Below, in pieces: positions 60,081 to 60,517 of a stretch of 60,517 nucleotides of DNA (position 1 is the stretch's first letter; each line of letters begins with the position of its first letter). The stretch is from IMG/VR virus record IMGVR_UViG_3300032038_000020, positions 62,001 through 122,517 of that record; one strand, 5' to 3'. Below the pieces are notes generated by a model that was not told the origin of the DNA, did no database searches, and saw only the letters and a list, made by a program, of their open reading frames with translations. The position numbers were made by a program, and so were the translations under genes. The DNA is from an uncultured virus (IMG/VR IMGVR_UViG_3300032038_000020) (Duplodnaviria; Heunggongvirae; Uroviricota; Caudoviricetes).

Positions 60081-60465
60081 TAAAGGGATTGTAGTATGCT
60101 GATGTAAAGGTATTATTACGATACTCTTCCACTCGCATAGTCTCAGTATCTACTCTTCTTCTAAGAGTTTCCCTATTGCCGCTATACCAGTGTTCCGTAG
60201 TGATACCTGTATTAATATTACCATTGATCTTATATATAAGATCGCCATACTGATCGTATTGATAGTGACTAAACTCACCGTTAGACTTATAGAATGCAAT
60301 CTTTCTATACTGATCATCATAAGTGTACTTATACTCTATAGGAATCGGCTTGTTGTTCTCGTCTCTTTCGTATACTATGTAGCTAAGCTTGTTGCCATGG
60401 TTATCTCGCTTTACATAGTAAGGTTCTCCAAGACGTGGATTCCTGGGTGGTTTGTTATAGTTCAT
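60049..60465 (-). CDS. YD/RHS-repeat-like hypothetical protein
   Basis: RDNHGN, RDENNK, YTYDDQYR, YQYDQYGD repeats. Confidence 0.6.
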   Translation of the reverse strand: MNYNKPPRNPRLGEPYYVKRDNHGNKLSYIVYERDENNKPIPIEYKYTYDDQYRKIAFYKSNGEFSHYQYDQYGDLIYKINGNINTGITTEHWYSGNRETLRRRVDTETMRVEEYRNNTFTSAYYNPFIRVYSNPLCR

Positions 60466-60517
60466 TGTGATATACCTCTTCTTTCGGCTAGGATTTCAGT
60501 AAAAAAAAAACGAAGAA

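Overview
This window is a 60.5 kb segment of a jumbo (phiKZ/AR9-PBS1-like) dsDNA phage genome. Strong AGGAGG ribosome-binding sites suggest a Bacillota/Firmicutes host (inference), and the standard genetic code is used. It encodes four split RNA polymerase beta half-subunits forming two pairs with different split points, consistent with a virion and a non-virion RNAP. It also encodes a tubulin/FtsZ-family protein, RecA/UvsX, DnaB-like and Dda/RecD-like helicases, SbcC/SbcD, GyrA/GyrB, an NAD-dependent ligase, a MYG1 nuclease, a T4 gp21-type prohead protease, baseplate proteins, a Dps-like protein, a holin-like protein and tRNA-Gln(UUG). Two recurring promoter-like motifs (AACH-N6-TA and TAYATAYTAT) split the genes into apparent late and early classes. 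The most unusual signals are (i) several unannotated, strongly base-paired intergenic RNAs, including a 196-nt 6S-like rod and a 117-nt CCA-ending tRNA-like RNA that both start at or within 2 nt of a predicted late +1, and (ii) a shared QxxLF/PLF short motif that is tandemly repeated on the tail of an RNAP subunit and recurs on the helicase, ligase and small proteins. All calls come from motif reading by eye; no database search or folding program was run.
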